In this document: positions 53,410 to 64,000 of the stretch, one piece after another
Layout of the letters: each line of letters opens with the position of its first letter
Position numbering within the stretch: the first letter of the stretch is position 1
Source: Eledone cirrhosa
Lineage: Eukaryota
Length of the DNA stretch: 64,000 nt
Reading direction: 5' to 3'
NCBI GenBank assembly: GCA_964016885.1
Contig: OZ024740.1
Location: 390,910,001-390,974,000 of the forward strand
The notes under the pieces: model-generated
Told to the model about the DNA's origin: nothing
The model's database searches: none
The model's input: the letters and a program-made list of their open reading frames with translations, nothing else
Program-made: the position numbers and the translations under genes

Positions 53410-54290
53410 CTATCATCATCATCACAGTTTTACATCCGTTCTTCCACACTAGCATGGGTTAGATGGGTTGTCCTGGTGTGGGCAGTAGCCGGTCAGCTGA
53501 CCATGCCTTGCTCATACGGGAACTGATTCTGGCTTGATTTCTACAGCTGGATGCCCTTCCTAACACCAACCTCATTTACAGTGAGTGCTGGGTGCTTTTT
53601 TTCCGTGGCACCTACACATCCACTTTACAGTGTGGGCTGGGTGCTTTTTTGCTGTGTCACCTCCACAATCACTTTGCAGTGGGAGGGTGTGGGGGCGTAT
53701 TGTTTATTCAGCTTCGGCTTGTACCCGTGGGGGGTCGGATCTTCTGTATTACTGCGTGACGCCAGAGGTCACGGTCGTGTGTCATCGCATTTGAGAGGTG
53801 TAATTGGGTAAGGTCTTCTTGGGTCTCCCCACTCCGCGATTTCCATCGACTTCTAGTGCTCTGCAACTTTTTATGCAGCTGTCATCCTTCATACGCTTCA
53901 CATGTCCATACCAACATAACCTCCTCTCTTGCACACAGCATTTGATCCCTCTTATGCTCAGTCTCTCTCTCAATTCGTTTATGCTTTGCCGTTCGCGTAT
54001 ATTACTATTACACATCCATCGGAGCATGAAGGCTTCGTTTCTTTCTAATCTACCCAAGTCGTCCACGTCTCACTACCATGTAACATTGCTGTTCGTATAC
54101 ACGCATCATACAGTCTGCCTTTCATTTTGAGGGAAAAACCTTTTGCAGCTAGCAGTGGCAGTAGCTCCCTGAACTTCTTCCATCCCGTTCTTACCCTAGT
54201 TATTGTACTTTCCGAACACCCACCTCCGCTGCTAATTCGGTCACCTAGGTAGCAGAAGCTGTCTACTGTTTCTACAGAGCCCTCCCAGAT
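53410..54290 (-). mobile_element. 5'-truncated RTE LINE, same family as 50197-50785
   Basis: VDSFCYLGDRIS, WKKFRELLPLL, MLRWMC, RLCWYGHV and GRPKKT motifs, with a (CAT)n tail on the plus strand. Confidence 0.92.
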
Positions 54291-54591
54291 TTGGTGGTAC
54301 TTGTTTCCTGTTGCTGATTGCTGTCCCAGCACAGCTCCCTCTTCCTCTCTCCCCCTCTCCTTCTCTCCCCTCTCCCCCCCTCCCACTCTCTCTAGATATA
54401 TAGATATATATATATATATACAGTTCAAGAGTAAGCAATCTTAAAGAGAGAGATAGAGATAGGAGAGGAGAAGAGAGATTGGTGAATTAGTTAAAAGCCA
54501 AAGCGTAAAGGCATGTGCTCAATGTGCAATATGCAATGGAAGGCAGCTAGGTGGCTGGATTCATGCAGAGGTTAGGTGCACAGAGCTGGAA

Positions 54592-55501
54592 ATATTCATT
54601 AGTTAAGCAAAACAAAACCACAAATTTCACAAGGAAGACATTATTAAAGATTGTCGACATAGTTTTAGTTTAATATAACGAATGTAGAGAATAATAATAA
54701 TATTATTAATAATGTCCGTTTACAATTGTTTCGCTACTCCATATGTTTCTGGATCAAATGATTATAGATCATTATTGATCTGGTTCAGTTGAAGATAATT
54801 AACTTAGGTACAATTAGAGCAGCTCATCGGAACTTCAAAAGGAATATAAATTAAAATAAAGAATGTTACATGAATGTAATGTTCCATATATTGGTATTTC
54901 ACTATAGTCGAGCAATATTCTTGTCGAGGCTGCATTGTGTGAGATCCGCCTATGGGCTACCCATAGGCAGATCTCACACAATGCAGCCTCGACAGAAGAA
55001 TATTGCTCGACTATGGCATACAATAGATATACCAAGGACACCATAATGAAATACCAATATATGGTATATCTATTGTATGCCATAGTCGAGCAATATTCTT
55101 CTGTCGAGGCTGCATTGTGTGAGATCTGCCTATGGGTAGCCCATAGGCGGATCTCACACAATGCAGCCTCGACAAGAATATTGCTCGACTATAGTGAAAT
55201 ACCAATATATGGAACATTACATTCATGTAACATTCTTTATTTTAATTTATATTCCTTTTGAAGTTCCGATGAGCTGCTCTAATTGTACCTAAGTTAATTA
55301 TCTTCAACTGAACCAGATCAATAATGATCTATAATCATTTGATCCAGAAACATTATATGGAGTAGTGAAACAATTGTAAACAGACATTATTAATATTATT
55401 ATTATTCTCTACATTCCTTACATTAAACTAAAACTATGTTGACAATTTTTTAATAATGTCTTCCTTGTGAAATTTGTGGTCTTGTTTTGCTTAACTAATG
55501 A

Positions 55502-55505
<4 letters not shown>
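54592..55505. repeat. ~914-bp nested palindrome (foldback structure)
   Basis: Arms 54743-55034 and 55062-55353 are exact reverse complements by eye. The outer ~150 bp are imperfect. Spacer is 27 nt. Each arm contains its own ~54-bp hairpin. Confidence 0.95.
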
Positions 55506-55534
<29 letters not shown>

Positions 55535-56161
55535 GTGCTGGTGACATGGCAGGAGACCCCTTCAATATATATATATCTGAGAGAGTAAAGGGCCATTATG
55601 GTAACACAAAAAAAAAGTACTCAGTACACCCTAAAAGGTGGCCACACTGGTGACATCACAAAAAAGTGCCCAGTCCACACTGTAACATGGTTGGTCTTAG
55701 GAATAGCATCCAACCATAGAAACCAAGCCAAAATATAGATCCATATGAGCAAGACATGAACTCTTGACATGACTTGTCTCATAATATAACAGGTCATCTA
55801 ACCCATACAAGTGTAAAAAAAATGGATGTTAAACGATGTGATCAATCTGAAGATACTTGCTCAAGGTACCTGAACCACATGATTTCCAAGCAAAGCCCTT
55901 AACAAAACAGCCATGCCTATGCCTGACCATGTTCAGTAATAGTAGCAATAATCTACTTTTTCAAGCATTTTAAGGCCATTTTACTTGGAATTAACCTTGC
56001 AAGGCTTCGTGGGGGCTTTTAGAGGCAGATGCCCTTGGTGTCAACCATTTTAGTCATCTCTTACAACACACAGGAATATGGTGTACCTATTCTAAACCAG
56101 ATACACACTGTATAGTGGTACATGAGCAATTATGTACTGAGAAAGAAAACAACTATATTAC

Positions 56162-56265
56162 CTTTTCTCTGCTTCTAATTTATCCATTCGTTTCCATAAC
56201 CTGTTTACAAGAGACTCCTGTTCCTGCTCAAGGGCATTTTCCAATTCAACCTTTTCTCTGCGCAA
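56162..56265 (-). CDS. CCDC6: CCDC6 exon ([35 protein letters not shown])
   Basis: Contains the [23 protein letters not shown] signature. TTTAG acceptor, GTAATA donor, 104 nt, phase 0 in and phase 2 out. Absent from the ORF track. Confidence 0.96.
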
Positions 56266-56674
56266 CTAAATAAAAGGAAAGAGAAATCAGAAAAAGAGAA
56301 TATTCAACAGGAATGTCTAAAAAAAAAAAAAAGCAGTTAAATTCTGTTTAGAGGTAGCTAGGGCTATCCCTTTTGTAATCATAACACTATGCCTATCAAT
56401 TTCAATTAGTTTTGAAAATAATCAAGTATTTGAAAGGATTTAACTATGATTTTTAATATCGGCACAAAGCCAGCAATCTGTAAGGAAAGTCAATGATATT
56501 GACACCAGTAGTATTATAATTTTTTTTTACTCCGAAAGAATGAAAAGCAAAGGTGAACTCAAAACGTAAAGCATTTTGTCCAACACTAACAATTCTGCCA
56601 AGAATCCCTTTGGGATTTATAATATTACTAAAACTAATTTTCACAATAAGTGCTCTTAGATACAAAAATCACAG

Positions 56675-58070
56675 CAATAATATATAATAGTACAGATATA
56701 GTGTTCGCTGCTATAATATATAATAGTATACTGGTATAGTCTTCACAGCTATATATAATAGTATACTGGTATAGTCTTCACAGTTATAATATATAATGAT
56801 TTCTAGTATAGGCACAAAGCCAGTAATTTGAGGGGAGGGGAAAGGCGATTAAATTGACCCAAGTACGTTACTGGTGCTTTCTTTTATCGACCCTGTAAGG
56901 ATGAAAGGCAAAGTTAACCTCAGTGGGATTTGAACTCAAACCGTAAAGGGCTGCAACTCTGTGCTGCAAAGCATGGTGTCCGACTCTACCAATACTGCCA
57001 ATCCACTGCCCTTCAGTTATAATATAATAGTATATTGATGTAGTCTTCACAGCTATCTATATATATATAAAACTGAGGATGTCTGTCTGTGTGTCTGTGA
57101 GTTTGAATCCCTAAAACTCGAGAAACACCCAACCAACTGTTTTCAAACTTTACACATGTAATACTTATGTTTCAAGGAGTGTTCTGGGTAGAAAAAATTT
57201 CAAATTTTCAATGCCCTAGGGACCGCATTAGGCGATTTAGCGATCTCTCTCTATAATTCTTAGTCTTTCCCTTTTTAGATAGATACATACATATAACGTC
57301 GCGCCCTTATAATATCTGTCTGTATGTCTGGCTGTCTGCATTACGTCACTTCCCTGAGGATGTCTGTCTGTGTGTGTGTCTGAGTTTGAATCTCTAAAAC
57401 TCGAGAAATACCCAACCGACTTTTTTCAAACTTTACATGTGTATTACTTATGTTTCAGGGAGTGTTATGCACATAAAAAAAATTCAACTTTTTGATCCCC
57501 TAAGGCCCGCATTAGGTGAGAAACTGCGTTTTTTTCCAGGTTTTTAGGGGTTTTTTGACCGATTTCCTTGAAATTGTAACTATATATTAGTCAGTCTCTT
57601 CATACCGTGAGCAAAGAAAATCCAACTTTTTTATGGCCTAGGGCCTGTATTAGGTGAAAAACTTCATTTTTTCAGCTTTTTAGGGCTTTTTCAGGCGTTA
57701 CGTCTAGCCAATTTTCCCGAAATTTCAAGGCATGTTATGCACATAAAAAAAATTCATTTTCTTGATCCCCTAGAGCCCGCATTAGGTGAAAACCTGCATT
57801 TTTCCTGCTTCATTGAGTAAAATCTTTAAAATTATCCAGCCATCAGAGTATTCGGTTTATATTCTTTACATATTGTCCAGGCATGCAGTTTTTCCACGAT
57901 TAGGTTTGTTGGCGGGCCCGTGTTCCAAAATACCTTATCCCATGCAACGCCGGGTACCACTGCTAGTAATATATAAAAGTATACTGGTATTGTTTTCACA
58001 GCTATTATATATAATAGTATACTGGTATAGTCTTAACTGCTATGTAGAGATATAGTCTTAACTGCTATGA
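56675..58070. repeat. ~40-bp tandem array (ATATATAATAGTATACTGGTATAGTCTTCACAGCT) split by a SINE and Helitron-like insertions
   Basis: Copies at 56675-56797, 57015-57055 and 57967-58070. A family-1 SINE lies at 56798-57010. Confidence 0.75.
57056..57966 (+). mobile_element. Non-autonomous Helitron-like element with internal duplications
   Basis: A|TCTATATATATAAAAC start, CCCATGCAACGCCGGG subterminal motif and CTAG|T end. Confidence 0.85.
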
Positions 58071-58072
58071 TA

Positions 58073-59396
58073 TCTATATATATAAAACAGAGTATGTCTG
58101 TGTGTCTGTTTCCCTAAAACTCGAGAAGTACCCAACCAGTTTTTTTCAAACTTTATACATGTAACTTGTATGACCCCGGAAGTGTTTTGAGCAAAAAAAA
58201 TTTCAAATTTTCAATGCCCTAGGGACCGCATTAGAAAATTTAGCGATCTCTTTCTCTTTGTCTTTCTGTTTTTAGATAGATACATAGATATGACATCGCG
58301 CCTTCATAATATCTGTCTGTATGCCTGACTGTCTGCATTACGTCATTATGACGCGATCAGTGCGTTTGTATGTATATATATTCTTATGCTAGGGAACGTC
58401 TTCACGAACCAAAGTATCGTCTTCCTGTTTTCCAGATTGATTTTTTTAGTTTAAGAAGATCCCGTTAAGGTTGAAAGCAGCGATTCTTTGCTTAAACATT
58501 AATATGTTATTTTAATATAGATATTCGTGTACAGATATTTTTGCATACACAAAAACAAAATATAAACAAACAAGGCCAAAGATTACATCAATTAGTCTTA
58601 GTGTATGTACTTCATACTGCTTTTAGGTAGAATATTCCGTTAAGGGTGAAAGCAGTGATTCTTTGCTTAAACTTTAGTCTGTTATTTTAATATATATATA
58701 TATATATAATTGTATTTAGGTAAGAGAAGACCCGCCTTACCTAAATACAAAGTAAAAACCTACTACAGTCAGGAGGCATCTCTATCAAAACACACCCCCG
58801 TCCCTCCACCCCACCCACACCGCCCCTTTCAATGTAAAGTTATGTTGGTCCCACAACATCCAGGCCGAAACAAATGAGATCGTGTAGGTGTCACGACAAA
58901 AAACACACAGTCCACGCTGTAAATGTGGCCGTGTAGGCAACACGGTAAAAACCTCCCAGCCCCACACTGTAAATGTGGTTGGTGTTAGGAAGGGCATCCA
59001 GCTGTAGAAAACCCGCCAGACAGTCCACGCTGTAATGTGGCCGTGTAGGCAACACGGTAAAAACCTCCCAGCCCCACACTGTAAATGTGGTTGGTGTTAG
59101 GAAGGGCATCCAACTGTAGAAAACCCGCCAGACAGTCCTATGCGAGCAAGACAACCACTCTTGCCTCAAGTGGGAAAACCCCCGTCCAAACCCATGCAAG
59201 CGTGGAACACGGACGCTAAACCTGATGATGATGATGATGATGATGAATTATATATTTATGGACAGATATTTTTGCATACACAATAACAAAATATAAACAA
59301 ACGTATTTATTTTACGAGGTTCGATAAGGATAAATATATATCAAATATATAAGAACCCTATAGTAAATCCCGAGCAACGCCGGGCCATTCTGCTAG
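58073..59396 (+). mobile_element. Non-autonomous Helitron-like element carrying an RTE/SINE-tail insertion (~58710-59245)
   Basis: Same 5' ~270 bp as the 57056 element and the same 3' CCCGAGCAACGCCGGG...CTAG|T end as the 48203 element. Confidence 0.85.
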
Positions 59397-59684
59397 TATA
59401 ATATAAAGTAAAGTTATCTGTGTATGTTCTGGTTGTACTCAGAAATTAGAGAATCAACACCCACAAAACTACATATATATATATATATTCACTACATTAC
59501 TGGACAAGTAATAATAAAAATATTTTGATTTACAAAGCAATGTATTTAAATTCAATTTATATATTTCTGTTCTGTATGCATGTAATTTTGTTTTGCAACT
59601 ATCTTTCTCCATTCTGTAGAGAAAGAGAGAGTGAGCATGGGAGAAAGAAATACTACGTTGCAGGACAAAAGCAAGAAAACACAT

Positions 59685-59728
<44 letters not shown>

Positions 59729-60132
59729 TATAAATGTTTCAATTAATATATTTATGCAAATTTGCAATTGTTATTTTCCAAAATAATGTCCACTGACTAA
59801 ATCATCTTTTTCCTGAGAATTGACGGGTACAACTACTAGTATATAATAAGTTGACATAATATAATAAATATTAATAAAACTGATGAGCAAGTTTCAACAT
59901 TAAAATAAACAATTCACCATACCTTAATTATGAAATATATATAGCTGAAGTAAGCTGTTCCACATACTAAGATTATAGCATTTATGATTTCTCTTACTAA
60001 CCCCAATTGATTGGCTTAAAGTTCATTTAACAAAACTTCTATCAAAGATGTCTGACCTAGCAGCTACTTCAAGCTGAAGTTTTATCAATAAACAACCCAG
60101 AATTTGGCCATGAAAAGATAACAAACACTTAC

Positions 60133-60261
60133 CTGTTCCAGTGTAGCTTGTTTAGCTAAAGTGTCAGCTTCTAATTTTTCAATTTTTCTCATTAGTTTAT
60201 TTACTTGATACTCCTGTTCTTTCTCCAGAGTTTGTTCCAGTTCCACTTTTTCTTGGCGTAA
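60133..60261 (-). CDS. CCDC6: CCDC6 exon ([43 protein letters not shown]), most 5' exon seen in the window
   Basis: Coiled-coil repeat EQE..VNKLM.KI.KLE typical of CCDC6 (DUF2046). CAG acceptor, CAG|GTAAGT donor, 129 nt, phase 0-0. Confidence 0.95.
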
Positions 60262-60869
60262 CTGAATTAGGAAAATATATAAAAATAACAACATGAAACA
60301 TCATCATCATCACTATTGTTGTTTTTTTACATCTGTCTTTCATGTTGGCATGTATTAGACAGATTGCTACGATCCAAACAGACAGGTCATGCTCATATGT
60401 TCCATATTTTGGCATGGCTTCTGTGGCTGAATACCCTTTCTAACACCAATCACATTAAAGAATGTACAAAGTACATTTTATTGTGGCACCAGCACTACCA
60501 CTTTACAGGGTGCATTTTATCACTATAGCAGCACTAGAGAGGTTATTATATACTTGATCAGATTGAAATGTCTTCTCTACCCTATATTATCTCCAATTTG
60601 ATTGCCAACCACTTTACAGAGTAAAGCAATATATAATTTCGGGGCCATCAAAACTGTTGAGAGGGATGGAAGGTTTTCTCAAATTGGAGACCGGCCTGAA
60701 TGCTTGCAAAAGGCACTGAATGGTCAGGTGATGGTGTTACATTTGATACAATGTTTAGCTCATCACGTCCTGTACCACATGAAATTACATTAGCAAGATA
60801 TTCTTGAAGAATACAAAACAGCACTATGACTGCATCGCATTAAAAATTAAAGACTTTACTATCTTCATT

Positions 60870-61205
60870 TTCACCCACTTATTCCTGAGAGGATCGTGGG
60901 GGCAGAGTCCTAAAACACTTCTTCCAGCGGGTCCTGTCAGAAGCAACCATCTGATCTGGCTGCATCCCCAAGCATGACCAGCCAAGCTCATGGATGTTAT
61001 CCAACCATCTTGCTCAGAGTCTACCCCTGGGTCTCCTGCTGTTTGTTTTGCACGTAAAATCTGTCCAGCTAATCTTTCCTGAGACATTCTAACCACAACA
61101 TGTCCATAGTATCGGAGCTGTGATCTCTCAATTCGGAGAAGTAGCGGTTCTACCTGGAGTGACCCTCTGATCTCTGAACTTTATTGAGTAATGTTACTCC
61201 AAAGA
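60870..61205 (-). mobile_element. Degenerate LINE 3' fragment (RTE-like, different subfamily)
   Basis: RIERSQLRYYGHVVVRMSQERLAGQIL coding remnant. Confidence 0.7.
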
Positions 61206-61256
61206 CCTTTCAGCCACTTGTGTTCGCGATCATATTCTTTCGGTCATTACTGAAGA

Positions 61257-61769
61257 CTAGCAGAAAACCACCCGAAGGGTGGTTTTCTGCTAGCAAGTGT
61301 AGTATGCATATTGATATTATACGCAAGTATATATGCATGTGGATATGATACATCAAATAAAATCGTAATTGACAATATCCACAGAAATTGAACGAAGACT
61401 ATGTTACACTCTCTTATGTAATCAGTAAAGTAATCCATGATACATTAAAAAAAAAGACGATATTATATATAAACTGCATTAGGAGAAAATTAGTGACGGA
61501 AATATATGAATGTTTTTTTAAGTGATCGCTAACCGGAAGTGTTGACATTTAAAAATTTTAAAGAAGTGAATCTTTAAATAAGCAATAAAATATATTTAAT
61601 CAAGAGCTACGAAATTTAGTAGATAAATTATGTAATATTCATTCATTATTTATTCAAAGTAATCCAACTTATTTTAGAAACGGGATAAAAAAATATATAT
61701 TCTGGATGCAGTCCCACACTCCTTACCTATTGTTATGAATCTTAACTATAATAAAGTAAGGGTTGAAGA
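61257..61769 (-). mobile_element. Possible minus-strand Helitron-like element ending in a perfect 17-bp hairpin
   Basis: The minus strand ends ...TTCTGCTAG|T like the other Helitron-like copies. Palindrome at 61257-61293. The A|TC start at 61769 is a guess. Confidence 0.45.
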
Positions 61770-62089
61770 TAGTGAGTTTGTTTTTTACACCTACCTCCCT
61801 TCTGATTACTCTAATACTGCAAATTTTCACAATGTAAAGATACTATAAACATTTTGAAATAACAAACCCATTAATCATAATGGGATGTTAATTACTGTAT
61901 GAAATGAGATTACTAAAAATAAAAAAGCCAAATAAAAAGCCAAAAAAAACCCATTAAAAACCAAATATGCATCATTTCCATAGACTACAAATACCAGAAA
62001 GTTGAAAACAGCTGTCTTTATCAATAATTCTCCATTCATATTGATGTTTACAGATCATGGTAGGTTTAACTATAAATAGAACTAGAAGC

Positions 62090-62290
62090 ATGTATGTATT
62101 CACATATATGCATATGCACAAATGGGTGTATGTGTATTCACATATCTGTATAAGCACACACAAGTATATGTTCATGCTTTTACATATGTATATGCACACA
62201 AGTATATGTTTACGCTTTCACATATGTATATGCACACACAAGTATATGTTCACAGTTTCACATATGTCTATGAACATACTTGCATACACT
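62090..62290. repeat. ~42-bp TA/CA-rich tandem repeat
   Basis: Recurrent CACATATGTATATGCACACAAGTATATGTT units. Confidence 0.7.
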
Positions 62291-62979
62291 CATGTAAAAG
62301 TCAAATGTTATAGATTATATTCTGGGGTTAAATTTATGGGATTGATTATTACATGGCTACTACTTTGGAGAAGTTGAATTTCTCACTAAATTCCCAATCC
62401 AAAATACCATATCAATAAGCAGAAGTCTAAACAGACTGAATGAATAAAAAAAACTAAAAAAATAAAAAAAAAAACTATGAATGACAGTAATAATCATATG
62501 TAACATAGGAACAGGGATAGGGAAAGTCGAGTTCCTTGATTCCATGACATGACTGCTACTTTATTTTATCGACCTCGGAAGGATGTGAAAGGCAAAGTTA
62601 ACTTTGGCAGGATTTGAGTTCAGAAAATCAGAACACAGAAGACCATAACTAAATACTACAAAGAATTTTGTCTGATGCTCTACTGATTCTGCCAATCCAC
62701 ACTACTCTATAATTGACTAATGGAGCCCAAGTTGTCGACCTTTTCATGATAGGCCCTGGAAACTAATCACTGATCTCAATCAAGTGAACAACAAACTGAG
62801 ACATTAACAGTTTCATATGCAAGAAGTGACTAATAATAATAATGTTTCAACACATCAAAACATATTTCCTGCTAGTAAAATACACAAACAAGGCTGTGCA
62901 GCTCTAATAGATTTTTCCATGACTACATACATCAATACTAAATACAATTGAAAAATTTATTTCCTCATCGTAACATTTA

Positions 62980-63784
62980 CGAGCAGTGGTCAGAAAAGGA
63001 CTGGGATCGCAAAAAAAAATATTTCAAATCCAAACTATAAATTTTCCCCTACAAAATAATCTCCCTCAAGTCTAATGCACATTCCCATCCTTCTCTGCCA
63101 TGCCTCCATACACTCCTGGAAGGATTATCTGCATGTCCATCATCACAGCCCTCTTGATGGTTTCCACATTTGGAAAATGGGTCATACTCGAAGATCCCTG
63201 ACTTAACACCTGTAATGACTCTCCCCAGCAAGTCTAGTTTGGTTTCAAGATGGTTGAGGATGTCCTGACACACTTGCATGCGCCACTTATTCTAGCCATT
63301 GTTCAGCAGCAAATCTTTGATGATTATCTTCCAAATATTGTCATAGTTCATGTTCAGCTCAATTGTGATCAGTTGAACAGTCAGCTGATGATTGCCATAC
63401 ACCACCTGCTTCATGTGCTCAATGTTGGCCTCAGTCCTGCTCATTGAAGGCCTTCCATCTTTTATGCCACTTGAAAACCTGTGAGCGCGATATTGTCTCA
63501 TCTCCAAACACTTGCTGCAGTATTCCAAGTGCTTCTGACAGAGTTTTCCTAGTTGGTCGAGAAACTTCAGGTTGGTTCGTTGTTCTGTGCCCATCACTCA
63601 ACAGCCTAAAATTGAGGAGCTGTTAACAAAAGCACGTGAAAAAACATTGAATGGCTGCAGAAAACTGAGATCGCAGTTATATACTCCCCAGATATTTTGT
63701 CACATACTGACGCAACTTGCTAATCCCTTCCCCACTCATAGCAGACACAACACACCAAATCCTGTTACTTTCTGACACACCTCG
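62980..63784 (-). mobile_element. Internally deleted mariner transposon
   Basis: TA-flanked imperfect TIRs (CGAGCAGTGGTCAGAAAAG / CTTTCTGACACACCTCG). N-terminus EQRTNLKF..QLGK, GRPS, a LGRVITG...IFEYDP remnant and C-terminal WQRRMGMCIRLEGDYF. Most of the catalytic core is missing. Confidence 0.88.
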
Positions 63785-63923
63785 TATGTTCAGAATGATA
63801 TCTTGATCCATGACTGTTCAACTGTTTTCCATGAAGAACGAGGATTGACTTGTACATAAGATACATAGCAAAACCCAAATTTATTGAGCAAAAATAGGGA
63901 GGAGGGGATTGACTTTTACACAA

Positions 63924-63969
<46 letters not shown>

Positions 63970-64000
63970 ATCTAACAATATCACAGAAATCTTTCGATAA

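Noticed and set aside
54835-55261. Twin 108-aa ORFs on opposite strands
   Set aside because: Automatic consequence of the palindrome. No coding evidence.

Overview
AT-rich, repeat-dense animal genomic DNA, not prokaryotic. It is most likely from a coleoid cephalopod (octopus-like), inferred from the SINE, RTE and MITE landscape and not verified. The main feature is the 3' part of a minus-strand CCDC6 gene: seven phase-compatible GT-AG coding exons from 60261 down to a stop at 18353, with the 5' exons outside the window to the right. Its disordered C-terminal region has an internally duplicated exon module with two in-frame GTAAGT donors and several candidate micro/cassette exons. Near 1.75-2.0 kb is a CpG-rich, apparently bidirectional promoter. 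On the minus strand an ATG in good context (MAGGGDDL) is followed by a perfect U12 AT-AC donor. On the plus strand a GT donor leads into a ~1.1 kb degenerate TTAGGG array. The rest is transposons (maT and mariner relics, RTE LINE fragments, tRNA-SINEs, TTAA-flanked MITEs, Helitron-like elements), minisatellites and a ~0.9 kb nested palindrome. Most ORFs in the supplied track are not genes. No database searches were possible, so all family calls rest on motifs recognised by eye.
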